DNA of 63,676 nucleotides, filler included, from Octopus bimaculoides (GCF_001194135.2; 7 parts of 7 records of this genome joined end to end with filler, not necessarily neighbours in it); one strand, 5' to 3'; positions 1 to 13,132 are shown, counted from the first letter of the whole stretch. Notes: generated by a model not told the origin, from the sequence alone. Numbers and translations: made by a program.

Positions 1-105
1 AGTTTTGTTGAAGCATTGTGAGGTATAACTTTAAAGAACGTAATTGTGTAAGGCCAACACAATGCGCAAACGTACAAAGTGAACAGAACAAAGTTGTATT
101 TCTAT

Positions 106-260
106 ATTTCAGGGTGAAAACTTCTTCAGGACATTCAGAAAAGTAGTGGCTGGAAAAAGTTTGTTGTTCAGAAGTGTGAGTGTGTGTGTGTGTGTGTGTG
201 TGCATGAGGAAGGCACTGCTTTTCCGAATGTCCTGAAGAAGGGGTCTTCACCCTGAAAAA
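106..260. mobile_element. Penelope-like-element terminal inverted repeat with CTGAAGA..GAAA motif
   Basis: 106-150 is the reverse complement of about 212-260 around a (TG)n spacer; a direct second copy lies at about 756-857. Confidence 0.55.
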
Positions 261-2535
261 TAGAAATGCAAGGTAAAACTGCAATATCCTTTTTGTTTTT
301 GTTTCCTTTTGTAGTTTACTTTGTACCTTGTCACTTTGTTCTGGCTTCATACAACTACTTTCTTTCAATACATGTGTGTGTATTTATATATGTGTGTGTG
401 TGTGTGACGTGTGTTTAGATAGACTCTTGCCAATATGCAACTGTTATATTTTATTTATCTGCCCATCCATCCACCCACCCATTCATGCAATTGTATATGT
501 ACATATACTGTAAAAGAAATCCACCATTGCTGATATGCTTCGCTTTACATTGTTAAGAACTCGTTATATTGTTGTAAAACTTGTCAGTCAGGTAACAGAG
601 GGCACTTATTTGTGGCACAGTTAGTGTGACATTGTTGCTCTAAGTAACAATCATTAACAGGTTACTGTTTATAGTGTAGCTCTAGTCATGTAGAAAGCAA
701 GATGTGGTGCCACTTAGTCAAGGGTTAGGGTTAGCATGTCATAAAGGTAATTTCAAAAAGTTTGTTGTTCAGAAGTGTGTGTGTGTGGGTGTGAGTGCGA
801 GGAAGCCACTGCTTTTCCGAATGTCCTGAAGAAGGGGTCTTCACCCTGAAATATGTCTGTCCTTCCATTCTGTCCCCTCTGTGTAAATGTTGAGGTTTGA
901 ATTTTCAGACAAGTTATACTGCATTGTCCATTGCATGAGTTAACAAGGAACACATCCAGATCTCATGTAGAGGGGTCCATTTGAAGAATAGATTTTAGTC
1001 TCCATCCAATGCTTGTACAGTTAGCAATAAGCCTGCAACTTGTTCTGGGAGACATTGGATGGGAGGACAAAGGATGCTTGCCTCAGAACCTTAGATTGTG
1101 CCCAGTAGTGTAATAGCTGTTAGTGACTGGGAAAGAAAGTTGTAATGACAGTTGCTTCTGATATACTAAGAACACAACAACTGAAAGAAAGACGACGAAG
1201 TTTGAATCTATTATAAGGGTTAAGTTGCCTACGGACATTTACTCGAAAAATGTGAAGGCTATTGTAATTGATAAAGATAGATATAACAGGTTAAAGGAAA
1301 TGTGTGGAAAGGACATTGATCCACTGGGAGTTGTGGTGGAATTTGACAAACTGCTGCCAGTGGTGGAATTAAGAGAACTGGAGCCATTTATGAGATATTA
1401 AATAAAAGTAAAATTGTTTCTCAAAAAAAAAAAAAAACGATGATAATGGAAAAAACAAAGGAAAAAAGAAAAGATAATAAACTGTGCTTAAGAACGTTCA
1501 AATGGTACTGCATGAGAGTGGGGACTCATGCAGCCATTTGATTTCCATTATTACATAACTTCTTTCTCATTTTCATTCATTTTGTGTTTTTTGTCCCCAC
1601 TGTGATGTTCTGTCTGTTCTTGTGCTGTCCTCTCTGTGTAAAAGCCTGAGTGCTTAAATAAAGAAAATAGTTGCTTCTGATAAGAGCTTATGGAGGGGGG
1701 TGCCTGAGGATTATACTCCAGTGACTCTTTAAGGAATACTGAACGGAGAAAATGGATGGATGAAGGGAGATTTGAAATTTGATTTTCAGGTTTGAGATTT
1801 GGGGTTTTGTAATCTGGGATTTGAGAAATAATGTTTTCAGGTCCCTAGTTTGATTGTTGAAATTTTAGATTTCAAAATTGTGTTTTGAACGTTAATTTAT
1901 GAACTTTGAGATTTGTAATTTCATCATCATCATCATTTTAATGTCTTCTTTTTCCATGTTTGCATGGCTTGGATAGAATTTGTTCAGGCAGATTTTTCTA
2001 CAGTTGGATGCCTTTCTTGTTACTAACCCTCACTTGTTTCCAAGCAGCAGAATATTTCCCCATGGCCAGACATGTTTTCACTGAATACTGGAAATGGAAG
2101 ACACTGTTTCCATGACGAGATCCTCATTTACAACAACTATCATGTGATGTCAAGGCAAGAAGACAGTAACACGTGTGCATGCACCCAATTCATGTTCTAA
2201 ATTTTATCGTAACTTAGATTACAATGAATGACATTGCATTGTATGAGCTTATCTAAAATAATCAAGCACTCAATGAGTTTGTTAGTCTCTAGACCTTTTT
2301 ACTTGTTTGGTAATGTTATCACATTCAGTTATCTTCATATCACAGCCTGTCTTCATAGCCTGGCCTGCATATATTTTCTCATGTCTTTTTAGTGACTTTG
2401 AATTGTGCAATTTCCTTTTGCTTCACTTTTATTTTTTTGTTACATATTTTAATCCTCAACCCTTTAGCGTTCATGTTACTCATTTCAGATTACATGAAAT
2501 GAGTAGAATATTTGGCCCAGATATGACTGGTTTAA

Positions 2536-2824
2536 CCCTTAGCATTCAGATTACTTTGTCAAGTGTAATGTCATTTTTATTGATATTACCTTGATTTAAT
2601 CATGGATTATCTCATAGCTTTGAGATTTAGACGAAATTTTTTTTTATTCTTTTATATGTTTCAGCCCTGAGGCTGTTGCCATGCTGGGGCACTGCCAGTA
2701 AATATCATTGTTTATTTTTAGAATGACATTTTAGGGTAGGTCGAAGAGGCCAGATCTGGCTGGTTTGAACATAAAACAGGTGAAATATTTAGGCCAGATA
2801 TGATCAGTTTAAGTGCTAAAGGGT
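2536..2824. mobile_element. Non-autonomous piggyBac-like element
   Basis: TTAA-CCCTTAGC...GCTAAAGGG-(T)TTAA ends; a related copy in the opposite orientation lies at about 10655-10850. Confidence 0.4.
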
Positions 2825-3399
2825 TTAAGATATACTCTGTGTGTGTGTGTAGAAATACAGTAGCATCAACTAAAAAAAGTGGTCCCTGATATTTTTTAGC
2901 TCATGACCTCGGTAATTTTTGTTTTGCTGTAGGTTCTCCCTAGACATTGTTAGCGATAGAACTATTTCAGGTTTATGATAAAAGGGAAAAAAAACACAAT
3001 AGTTGAAACAGGTGGGTCACTTTTGAAAAATTCAAAACCTTTAATGAAAATATAAAATTTGAAAAGAACTATCAAATAATAACAAAATTTTAAATATTAA
3101 TTGCTTGAAATTAGTTTTATTATCATGAAATTTATTTCTATAAATATTTAAAATTTCATAATATCAAATGAAAACAATTTTTGAACAAAAATTTATAATG
3201 ATAAATAAACATAAAAAAACCTCAATTCTTTTCAAAGGTTTTTCTCCCATTAAGGTAATGAACTCCATTAAAATATTAGTGTCTGTTAATTGTATATTTA
3301 TTTGCAATTATTCTGTTTCACAAAAGCCAAAATATTTTGTAGGTTCAGTAAAACAACTGTTTATAAACGTACATTAGGTTTTTTTTTTTTGTATTTTTA

Positions 3400-3790
3400 T
3401 TTTGCCTGTGTAGTAAGAAGTTTGTTTCTTAACCATATGGTTCAGGGTTCAGTCCTACTGCATGGCACCTTGAGCAAGTGTCTTCTGCTATAGCTTCAAG
3501 CCAACTGAAGCCATGTGAATGGATCTGGTAGATGGAAACTGGAAGAAGCCTGTTGTGTGTGTGTGGCTTTGTGTCTGTTTACCCCCAACCACCAATTGAC
3601 AACTAGTGTCAGTGTGTTTATGGCATCATAACTTAGCAGTTTTGCAAAAGAGACCAATGGAATATGTACCAGATTTCTAAAAAAAAATAATAATAATAAA
3701 CCCTGGGTTAATTCATTTGACTAAAAATTCTTCAAGGTGGTGCCCCAGCATGGCCACAGTCTAATGACTGAAACACGTAAAAGATAAAAC
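3400..3790 (+). mobile_element. tRNA-derived SINE, family 1 (GGAGTGGCTGTGTGGTAAGTAGC head)
   Basis: Diverged match to other copies in the window (GGCACCTTGGGCAAGTGTCTTCTACTATAGC...ATGACTGAAACAAGTAAAAGA). Confidence 0.75.
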
Positions 3791-3837
3791 ACACATAACA
3801 AAAAAACTTCTTTGAGAATTTCAATAACTCCTAAAAC

Positions 3838-4075
3838 CACATGGCTGAGTGGTTAGAGTGTTGGACTCATGATCATAAGATTGTGGTTTCGATTCCTGCA
3901 CCAGGCAGTGTGTTGTATTCTTGAGCAAAACACTTCATTTCATGTTGCTCCAGTTGACTCAGTGGGCAAAAGTGAGTAAACCTGCAGTGGACCAACGTCC
4001 CATCCAGGTGTGGTATATATACGCCATAGAAACTGGTAAACTGGCCCTATATGACTTGGGAAGGATCTTTACCTT
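3838..4075 (+). mobile_element. tRNA-derived SINE, family 2
   Basis: A/B-box-like TGGCTGAGTGGTTAG...GGTTTCGATTCC followed by CTTGAGCAAAACACTT..CATGTTGCTCCAG. Confidence 0.7.
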
Positions 4076-4184
4076 TATATCTTTTTTATCCTAAAAAATT
4101 ATCACTTTTTTAGCATAAAAAGTAAAATCCTTTTGCAAAATATATCATATTACCTTTTTACTGTATTTATTTAGGTGAGATCAT

Positions 4185-4960
4185 TGTGGCTGATGTAGTT
4201 TCACAGGTTTTCAGTACAATGGTTGTTAGAGACAAACGCAAATCATCTCTACATAAAATTTCTAGGTGATAGCAAGCTTTTGAATTGCAGGAAAGACACT
4301 CGGTTAAAACCTGTCACGACAAGCTAAGAAGTACAGACAGAAAGCAATGACATATAATGTTACTTCCTGCCAAGGCAACGGGAATTCCACAACAATTTCG
4401 TTACTTCTCCATAAGTTATTAAATTCATGATTAAATTCAGTCTGAGCAATTTGATTATTCTGCAGATCAATAAGGCTTTCTTATAGTCTGATATCAACAT
4501 CAGCTGTATTTGTCACAAATGGGTCTGCCACCCAACTTGGAATGTTTGTTTCTAAGAGGTCTTTGACCCTGATTTCCATATCATTGTGCAGTTTCTTTAG
4601 TACACAAGTGCTCAATTTGTACTAAAAATATCATCTTCTTGCATTTCCTCTTGAAGAGTAGGAAGGGCCTAATGCTAATCTTGGACAGATTAAGCTTTTT
4701 GAAGGAAACCACCAAGAGCTTCTTTGGAAATTAAAAGATTTGTATTTCTACCTTGTAGCTGTTTGTTCAGCAAATTTAGTTTATAAAATATATCTGAAAG
4801 TTAGAATATGTCACATTTGGCAACTACGATTTCTTCTCCAAGGTACTTACTATTCGGAAACGTTACAGCACTATCCCAAAGTGCTACAAACCAACACTGG
4901 CAATTACCCTAAAAGACTGTCATGAAATGTGTATCCTTCCAGGCTGTAACATAATATTTA
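4185..4960 (-). pseudogene. Degenerate hAT (Buster/Charlie, ZBED5/SCAND3-like) transposase C-terminal fragment
   Basis: Minus-strand frames give ..GNCQCWFVALWDSAVTF..LSDIFYKLNLLNKQLQGRNTNL..IPSWVADPF..L*ESLIDLQN..DDLRLSLTTI, with stops and frameshifts. Confidence 0.7.
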
Positions 4961-5399
4961 ATTCATACAAGATTTTCCAATGCCAACCTGATTCTTTATT
5001 CATCATTCATTAATTATTATCAAAGTGTCGAATGGATTCTGTTTTTTCTGTCTATCATGATGGAATTTAAGCTATAGAAAATGTATTTTATGCATGTGTG
5101 TGTGTGTGTGTAAATTTTAAAGAATTCCAGATAATGGCAAAAGAAATTAAGGAAGTAACAGAGCAGTAGTTGTGTGTGTCCCCTCCCCCATCTGTGTGCC
5201 TACCCAACCTCAAACCAATTCTCATATTTTCTGTGATTCCACTGAACTTTGCATGGCCTCCACCATGGTAGTGCTCCAGCATGAGCACAGCTGCATGGCT
5301 GAAATGAATAAAAGAATACACATGAGGAGGTGCTGAATAAAAAGTGATCTAAATTATGCAAAAATGATAATAACAATGACATCTCATTTTAACAGATAT

Positions 5400-6598
5400 A
5401 TTTACCAAAATTACATAAAAATAACTTGAAATACTAAAGAGTAAATTTATTCTATAAAATCACCATTGGCTTTAACCGCAGCCTCCAGACGACTTCAGAA
5501 TCTCCTGTAAACTCTTCTGGACAGTCTTCTTGTTTAAATTGGTAAATGCTGCCATAATCTTTGCCATCAGTTCATCTTTGGTGTTACAAGGAATTTTGTT
5601 GGTCTCTTGCTCAACTGCACCCCACATATAATAAAGGGGGCTGCAGTCTAGGGAGTTAGGTGGCAAGATGTTAGGGGTGATGTGGTCACAGAAATTGTCT
5701 GACAGCCATAACTGGGTTCTCCTGCTTGTGTGGCATGGTGCAGAGGCCTGTTGCCAGACATAGGGTCTTCCAGCGGCCACCCTCTTGACCTAGGGTAGCA
5801 CTACCTCCTCCAGGCACTTGATGTAGGCCTCTGTGTTGAGTGGGAAGATAAATGGAGCCATAATGTTGCCATCACTAGTGATCACTCCAAACACCATGAT
5901 GTTGACTGGATGATTGATTTTTATCACTCTCGGTACATGTTTTGGGGACACAGCAAGCCAACGGTTGTTCTGTGTGTTCACCATCTGACCCTGGCAGAAA
6001 TTTTTCTCATCTGAGAAAAACAAAAGCATGTTTGGCTACAGGGGTTGCTTGAGTTTATTTAAATGCTTGGTAACATAGTCTTTCCTCTTGTCTTTGATGG
6101 CTTGAGAAAAAGATTGACCCTTTCTCATCTTGTATGAGGAATACCAAATGTCTTCATGCACCACCTGCCTGATAAGAAACTCAGTCCCATTCCACGGCGA
6201 TGGACCTGATTGACTTGGAGGGATTGTTGTCAATCGTGGCCAGGATCTTACCAACAAATTCAGTTCTTCTCTTCTCAGAATGATCAGAGTGAGTATTCCA
6301 AGCTGCTGGAATCACCATTAGACTCATCTGACTCTTTCTGAATCCTCTGCACTGTCCTCAAATTGACACCCAGACACTCTGAAATGTTCGTATTGGAGCT
6401 TCCAGTGTGAATGCCAAGCAGTATAGTATGTTTCCAAATTTCTGGCAGAATGAATTATATCATGGTGCTGTTTTACTCACAGATGGTACTCAACTGACCC
6501 TACTATACTGTGTAGTGGACAAAATCAAAAACAAACAATGCACAAGTGCGAAATTAAAATTATAAAATGGTGGCAATTTACCCATCACATCCTTTATA
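5400..6598 (-). mobile_element. Decayed Tc1/mariner-superfamily transposon, DD37D (maT-like) spacing
   Basis: ORFs 5790..6029 (FFSDEKNF..IMVFGVITSDG) and 5472..5780 (YVWQQASAPCH..PPNSLDCSPLYYMWG). Second D is changed to A and third D is lost; the spacing count fits 37. Confidence 0.8.
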
Positions 6599-7121
6599 TA
6601 TAAGAGTTATAGAATTTGGTAATTTTGTATAGTAATGTACACCTAATACCTTTTAGTATGATCACCTGATCATAATTTGTCATCTCATATTTATCTATTT
6701 ACAAACACACATGTATACATGCATGTGTGTCACAATGGAGCTGTGGTGCGACTTTAAAACGATACAGTCGCCATTATATCCACTTGTATTTTGATATGGT
6801 ATTATGCATCATTACATATCAAAGTGTTCCATTTTTTTATTTTTATGTCATTGACCTTTGCCATTAATAACGGCTTCTTGTGTGAATCTGTTTCTGTGGA
6901 ACAAAGCAAGGTAAAAGTATTGAGTTCTAGGTAGACACCATTACTCTGTCACAATCTAATTACTTCAGTTTCCACAGAATATCTCTAATTAAACCATTAT
7001 TAATTGATTGATATCGATATACAACAATATTGATACAATTAATATTGGAGAAAATTACATAATGAACAAGGAAATCTTCAATAGTTTTGTTAATCTGTTA
7101 TTACTATTCATTATCAAGTGT

Positions 7122-7385
7122 GAGGGCATGTAGCCTAGTGGTTAGGGTGTTGCACTCGCAATTGTGAGATTGTGGTTTCAAGTCCTGAACCGGCTGGTGT
7201 ATTGTGTTCTTGAACAAAACATTTCATCTCATGTTAATCTGGGATCACTTCAACACCTGATATGTGGTACACTGTGTACCTGTTCAGGCAATGTCGATTT
7301 GATAGAGGGGGGGGAGTGAGTACAGCATGTGTACTTGACCACCGCAAACAGATCGTTTGTGTACGTCATTCAGCAAAACCTGAAA
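7122..7385 (+). mobile_element. tRNA-derived SINE, family 2
   Basis: GCATGTAGCCTAGTGGTTAGG..GGTTTCAAGTCC..CTTGAACAAAACATTT. Confidence 0.65.
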
Positions 7386-7437
7386 ACTGTGTATATATAC
7401 ATGTATGCATGTGTGTGTATATATCTATATCTATATA

Positions 7438-7522
7438 TATAATCATAAATATATAGGGATTGACAGTAACCTGCTTCTCCAACATACTGACTACTGTCAA
7501 TCCCTATATATTTATGATTATA
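7438..7522. repeat. Perfect inverted repeat, 31-bp arms, 23-nt spacer
   Basis: TATAATCATAAATATATAGGGATTGACAGTA / TACTGTCAATCCCTATATATTTATGATTATA. Confidence 0.9.
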
Positions 7523-8343
7523 AATGTTTTTTACCGAAAAGGTTTTTTCATACTGAGCTACCCGGCAAAATTGTTAATTATTAATTTTATTACTAATTGA
7601 CGATTCCCTGCCCTGCATATCTATATCTATATANNNNNNNNNNNNNNNNNNNNNNNNNNNNNNNNNNNNNNNNNNNNNNNNNNNNNNNNNNNNNNNNNNN
7701 NNNNNNNNNNNNNNNNNNNNNNNNNNNNNNNNNNNNNNNNNNNNNNNNNNNNNNNNNNNNNNNNNNNNNNNNNNNNNNNNNNNNNNNNNNNNNNNNNNNN
7801 NNNNNNNNNNNNNNNNNNNNNNNNNNNNNNNNNNNNNNNNNNNNNNNNNNNNNNNNNNNNNNNNNNNNNNNNNNNNNNNNNNNNNNNNNNNNNNNNNNNN
7901 NNNNNNNNNNNNNNNNNNNNNNNNNNNNNNNNNNNNNNNNNNNNNNNNNNNNNNNNNNNNNNNNNNNNNNNNNNNNNNNNNNNNNNNNNNNNNNNNNNNN
8001 NNNNNNNNNNNNNNNNNNNNNNNNNNNNNNNNNNNNNNNNNNNNNNNNNNNNNNNNNNNNNNNNNNNNNNNNNNNNNNNNNNNNNNNNNNNNNNNNNNNN
8101 NNNNNNNNNNNNNNNNNNNNNNNNNNNNNNNNNNNNNNNNNNNNNNNNNNNNNNNNNNNNNNNNNNNNNNNNNNNNNNNNNNNNNNNNNNNNNNNNNNNN
8201 NNNNNNNNNNNNNNNNNNNNNNNNNNNNNNNNNNNNNNNNNNNNNNNNNNNNNNNNNNNNNNNNNNNNNNNNNNNNNNNNNNNNNNNNTATATATATATA
8301 TATATGTATGTATGTATATACGTATAGATATATATGTATATAT

Positions 8344-8485
8344 GTATTGTTTGTAAAGAATAAAAAGTTTTGAATGGTACGACATTGCACTATAATACAA
8401 ACAGTGGGTTAGGTATATAGCCCATTGTTTATATTATAGTGCATTGTTGTACCATTCAAAACTTTTTATTCTTTACAAACAATAC
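8344..8485. repeat. Inverted repeat, 65-bp arms (4 mismatches), 12-nt spacer
   Basis: 8344-8408 pairs with 8421-8485. Confidence 0.9.
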
Positions 8486-8914
8486 ACAATACTTCAAACG
8501 AACTACAATACTCTCCTATGTATATGAATGCACCTTTACAAGCTATGTTGATTTGATGCAGGGAGTGACCTAATGTGTGGCACAAACATTTGACCACTAT
8601 AAATAGATCATTTGTGCAAGTCCTTCAGAAAAATCTGGACACTCATATGTCATCAACAGAAGATCACATAATTTATTATCAGAATCATCCTTTTCTCTTT
8701 TCAAACCAAATCTAATTGAAGAATCTTTCTCCATGGCATTTCACTAGTCTTACACCACTGAGTTTATAGTCTCTCTTATATAAATATATATGAACCCTCG
8801 TAGCTGACATGCAGTCATGTCCTATCCACCTTTTAGTGTTTCAAACTGTTCCTTATTAGTTGCCTGGCAGCAGGGAAACCAGCCCCACTCGGTAATCATA
8901 TGATCTTACCCTTT

Positions 8915-9118
8915 ATGTTATAAGCACAAGACCTGAAATTTGGCAGGTGGGGATTAGTCGATTATCTTGACTCCAGTGCATGATTGGTACGTATTTCGTT
9001 AACCCACAAAGAATGAATGGCAAAGTTGACCTCGGCTAAGTTTGAACTCAGAACATCAAGACAGATGAAATAATGCTAAGCATTTTGCTCGGCATGCTAA
9101 TGATTCTGCCAGCTTGCA
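8915..9118 (-). mobile_element. tRNA-derived SINE, family 3 (AGGCGGTGAGCTGGCAG head)
   Basis: Reverse complement of the 49411..50010 family (AAAGTTGACCTCGGC..TTTGAACTCAGAAC..GCTAAGCATTT). Confidence 0.7.
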
Positions 9119-9193
9119 GCCAATAATAATAATAATAATATTAATAATAATAATAGTTTCAAAGGAGGGACAAAATGCCACTAATCCAGTAGT

Positions 9194-9293
9194 NNNNNNN
9201 NNNNNNNNNNNNNNNNNNNNNNNNNNNNNNNNNNNNNTTAATTAATTAANNNNNNNNNNNNNNNNNNNNNNNNNNNNNNNNNNNNNNNNNNNN
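9194..9293. other. Artificial scaffold joint (44N-TTAATTAATTAA-44N); the same joint has its core at 24220, 32025, 44537, 52232 and 60122
   Basis: An identical six-frame-stop 12-mer is centred in exactly 100 nt, six times. Confidence 0.97.
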
Positions 9294-9530
9294 TAAGTTA
9301 CGGGGATGTAAACACACCAGCATCGGTTGTCAAGTGATGTTGGGGGTACAAACACAGACACACAAACATATACACACACACACACACATATACATATATA
9401 GGACGGGCTTCTTTCAGTTTCCGTCTACCAAATCCACTCACAAGGCTTTGGTCGGGCCGAGACTATAGTAGAAGACACTTGCCGAAGGTACCACGCATGG
9501 CCACAGTCAAATGACTAAAACAAGTAAAAA
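9294..9530 (-). mobile_element. SINE family 1, partial
   Basis: TAAGTTACGGGGATGTAAACACACC..CTTCTTTCAGTTTCCGTCTACC..GACACTTGCC. Confidence 0.75.
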
Positions 9531-9771
9531 TTGTAAAAAAAAAAAAAGAAGAGAACGTAACTGAAAAACAAAATAGCGTAAGTTACTTCCCTTATTACTA
9601 AATCTAAGTAACAAGTTATCTCCCGTCGTTAAATCTGGAGTTCAAAGGTTAAATCTAGAGTTCAAAGTTTGACGAGTCGCAATGAAATATCAATATTCTG
9701 GAGACATCTAAGATCAATACTTGATGACATTTAACAAGTTAATAAATGTTTAGTCGTGGATGAGATGAGAG

Positions 9772-9945
9772 GCGCAAGAATTGGTTTTGCGGTAAGAAGC
9801 TTGCTTCTCAACCATGTGATCTTGGGTTCATTCCCATTGTGCAGCACGCTAGGAAAATGTCTCCAACCTTATTGCCCAGGGTCGACCAGAGCCTTCTGAG
9901 CGAATTTTGGTAGACGGATGGTGAAAGAAGCCCATCATATATGTG
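9772..9945 (+). mobile_element. SINE family 1, 5' half
   Basis: GGTAAGAAGCTTGCTTCTCAACC..GGGTTCATTCCC..TTGGTAGACGGA..AAAGAAGCCC. Confidence 0.65.
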
Positions 9946-11212
9946 TGTGTGTGTGCGCGCGTGCGTACACAAACGGGTCCTCTGCCCAATTTCTTACTTC
10001 CACCGCCAATCATCTCTCTAACTGAAGCACTTCCTTCTTTTATATCACTTAATTCTCCTGCTACCTGGAACTATTGCATTTTTCATCCATTTCCATCCAC
10101 TAATATTGTTGCTCTCCACCCACACTTCACGTTTATCAGCTATCCATCCCATTTTCTTGCCACTGAGCCAACAAATAGTCTCTCCTCCTTTACCCCCCCC
10201 CCCCCCACATATCTCTCACTTTCCTCAAGCACTACTCCTTTCTTTCATATCTTTTGCCTTTTCTCTTTTTTTATCTTTCTCTCATTCGCTCTATAATTCT
10301 TCTTGTGGTTTACATGACTTCTTCCTATCTATTATTATATAGAGAAGCAAAAATTGTTTATTATCAATGAATTTTGTTTGTAATCAACTGATGAGGATGT
10401 ACTTATATACAAGTTGTTGCATAACCACTTGAAACATAAGTATTAAATGCATTTCAAATATCAATGATTGGTTTCTGATAATTTTCTAATACATATATAC
10501 ACACATACACACCACTATATACATATATATATCAATTAATGTATGCAGTATGAAGATATGGGAGTTTCTTGCTTTGGAGACACTTGTCTAGGCAAGAAAC
10601 ATCTCCAAAACAAGAAACTGTTAGTAGCTTGTTATCTTTATACCATATACATTAATCCTTTAGCATTTAAACCAGTCATATCCGTGCCAGATCTGGCCTC
10701 TCACACCTACCCTACCATGTCATTCTAAACATGAACAATCACATCATTCTAATATCAAAGTTATGAGAAAATGCATGATTAATTCGAAACAATGTGAATA
10801 AGTAAATAAGTATTACATTTGACAGAGTAATGTGAATGCTAAAGGTTTTAAACTGGCCCGAATATTCTACCTGTTTCATGTTCAAACTGGCCAGATCCAG
10901 TCTCTCACACCCGCCCTACAATGTCATCCTCAGAATAAACAATTGTATCGCTGAAATCTTTGTTAGTAACCAACGAAATTTCTGTCAGAGTTGCAAAATA
11001 AATTACTTGTGTATGATATGCAATGCTGCATGCTAGTGAAAAATGGGCATTCAATACTGGTGTAAAAAGGTTTGACAAAAAAATCAAGTGAGCATGCTCC
11101 ACAGGATGTTAAATTTTAGTGTTGATAAACAATTGGGAAATGTGTATAAAATAACAGGGATCATCCTGATATACATATGTAAATGAGTACGTATATATAC
11201 ATGTATATATAT

Positions 11213-11270
11213 ATACATGGTTGAATAGAAATAATTAAATTAATTTAATTATTTCTATTCAACCATGTAT
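11213..11270. repeat. Perfect 58-bp palindrome with no loop
   Basis: ATACATGGTTGAATAGAAATAATTAAATT|AATTTAATTATTTCTATTCAACCATGTAT is its own reverse complement. Confidence 0.95.
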
Positions 11271-11519
11271 TTGCATGATTTTAACATCATTGTTTGAAAT
11301 GATCATCTGCAGGATTCAAAATACTTTTAAATTTTAATATCTTCTCTTTTCTGTTTATGGGGTTTTTTTTCTCCATAAATTCAAATAACACACCATATAC
11401 AAGTACTATTTTCATATTCGCAAACTTACGCCAGTAAGCTACCAGCAGAACATGAAGAATCTATATTAGAAATCTTTTTTGGAATCCTCAAAATTAAAGG
11501 ACGAAATATAATCCAAACT

Positions 11520-11614
11520 TTACACACATATATACATACACAAATATATACATACATATATATACATACATACATATATACATATATATACACTTTATAC
11601 ATACATCTATATAA

Positions 11615-11663
<49 letters not shown>

Positions 11664-12054
11664 CACATATATATACACACACATATATATATACACATAC
11701 ATATATATACACATATATACACACATACATATATATACATATACACACACATACATATATATACATATACACACACATACATATATATACATATACACAC
11801 ACATATATATATATATACATATACACACACATATATATATATATATATATACATATACACACACATATATATATATATATATATACATATACACACACAT
11901 ATAAACATACATANNNNNNNNNNATATATATATATATATATACATACACATATACACAGACAATTTTAGACAATTACATAGATATATAGTTTTATACACA
12001 ATTACATATACAAACATACATGCATAAATACTTATAAACAAACACACAAACATG

Positions 12055-12092
<38 letters not shown>

Positions 12093-12212
12093 AACATACA
12101 TATAAACACACACACACAAAGGTACATATACATACACAAATATATCTATATAAATATACGTACAGATATATATATATACATAACATTTAAATACATTTAC
12201 ACACACATACAC

Positions 12213-12247
<35 letters not shown>

Positions 12248-12290
12248 TAGATAGATAGATAGATAAACCCATCCATCCATACACCATCTT
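11520..12290. repeat. Compound (TA)n/(CA)n/(TACA)n/(GATA)n microsatellite field
   Basis: Directly visible; source of the spurious YI/VC/HT-rich ORFs. Confidence 0.95.
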
Positions 12291-12893
12291 TCTTTTCATC
12301 CTTCCTTACCTGCCTGGTGTGTACTTCGGTGATGCATTTTCAGGTGTTAATAGAGTAATAGTCTGCCAGTCAAATATAGTTCTCTCTCTCGCTCTCTCTC
12401 TTCGTCCTGGACACTTGGGTCCGAGGCTCTACATCATATTGTCACCTGAATAGCATTTCATAGTAGTAGATATCATAGTACATCACTATATACAGCAGAA
12501 TGGGATACACATGCATACATCCATGCACAGAAACAAATGAAACAATTACAATTGATTACGTAGATATAAACATTAACAAATATATATGCACAATGTATGT
12601 ATGTATATATACATATATATATATATATAAACATGATATAAAAACCTTAAATATACATATATGTATGGGGATGTGTGAGCACTTGTGTGTGTGTGTGCAT
12701 AATGGATTTTTAATAATTGTTTATGTTATATTCATAGGATATCATGTTATAATATAAATAAATTGTATCTCTCTATTCAATTTGTTTGTAATTTACATTA
12801 TACCCATATCTATCTGGTATTCAACTGACATACCAGTGAATTGGGTGTTTAACACACCCCTTTCAAGGATCACTTTTCTTCAGTTTGTTACTT

Positions 12894-12976
<83 letters not shown>

Positions 12977-13093
12977 CTATATATATATATATATATATAT
13001 ATNNNNNNNNNNNNNNNNNNNNNNNNNNNNNNNNNNNNNNNNNNNNNNNNNNNNNNNNNNNNNNNNNNNNNNNNNNNNNNNNNNNNNNNNNNN

Positions 13094-13132
<39 letters not shown>

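Noticed and set aside
3838-3900. tRNA-like heads (also 7122, 28487, 29987)
   Set aside because: No complete cloverleaf or 3' acceptor stem; they continue into SINE bodies.
4852-4909. GNCQCWFVALWD peptide with apparent splice sites, resembling an LRR C-terminal cap
   Set aside because: It continues into hAT/ZBED5-like transposase motifs (DIFYKLNLLNKQLQG), so it is transposon-derived.
11429-11485. 57-nt phase-2/2 candidate exon [18 protein letters not shown]
   Set aside because: Weak GAG acceptor, no recognisable domain, adjacent to microsatellite.
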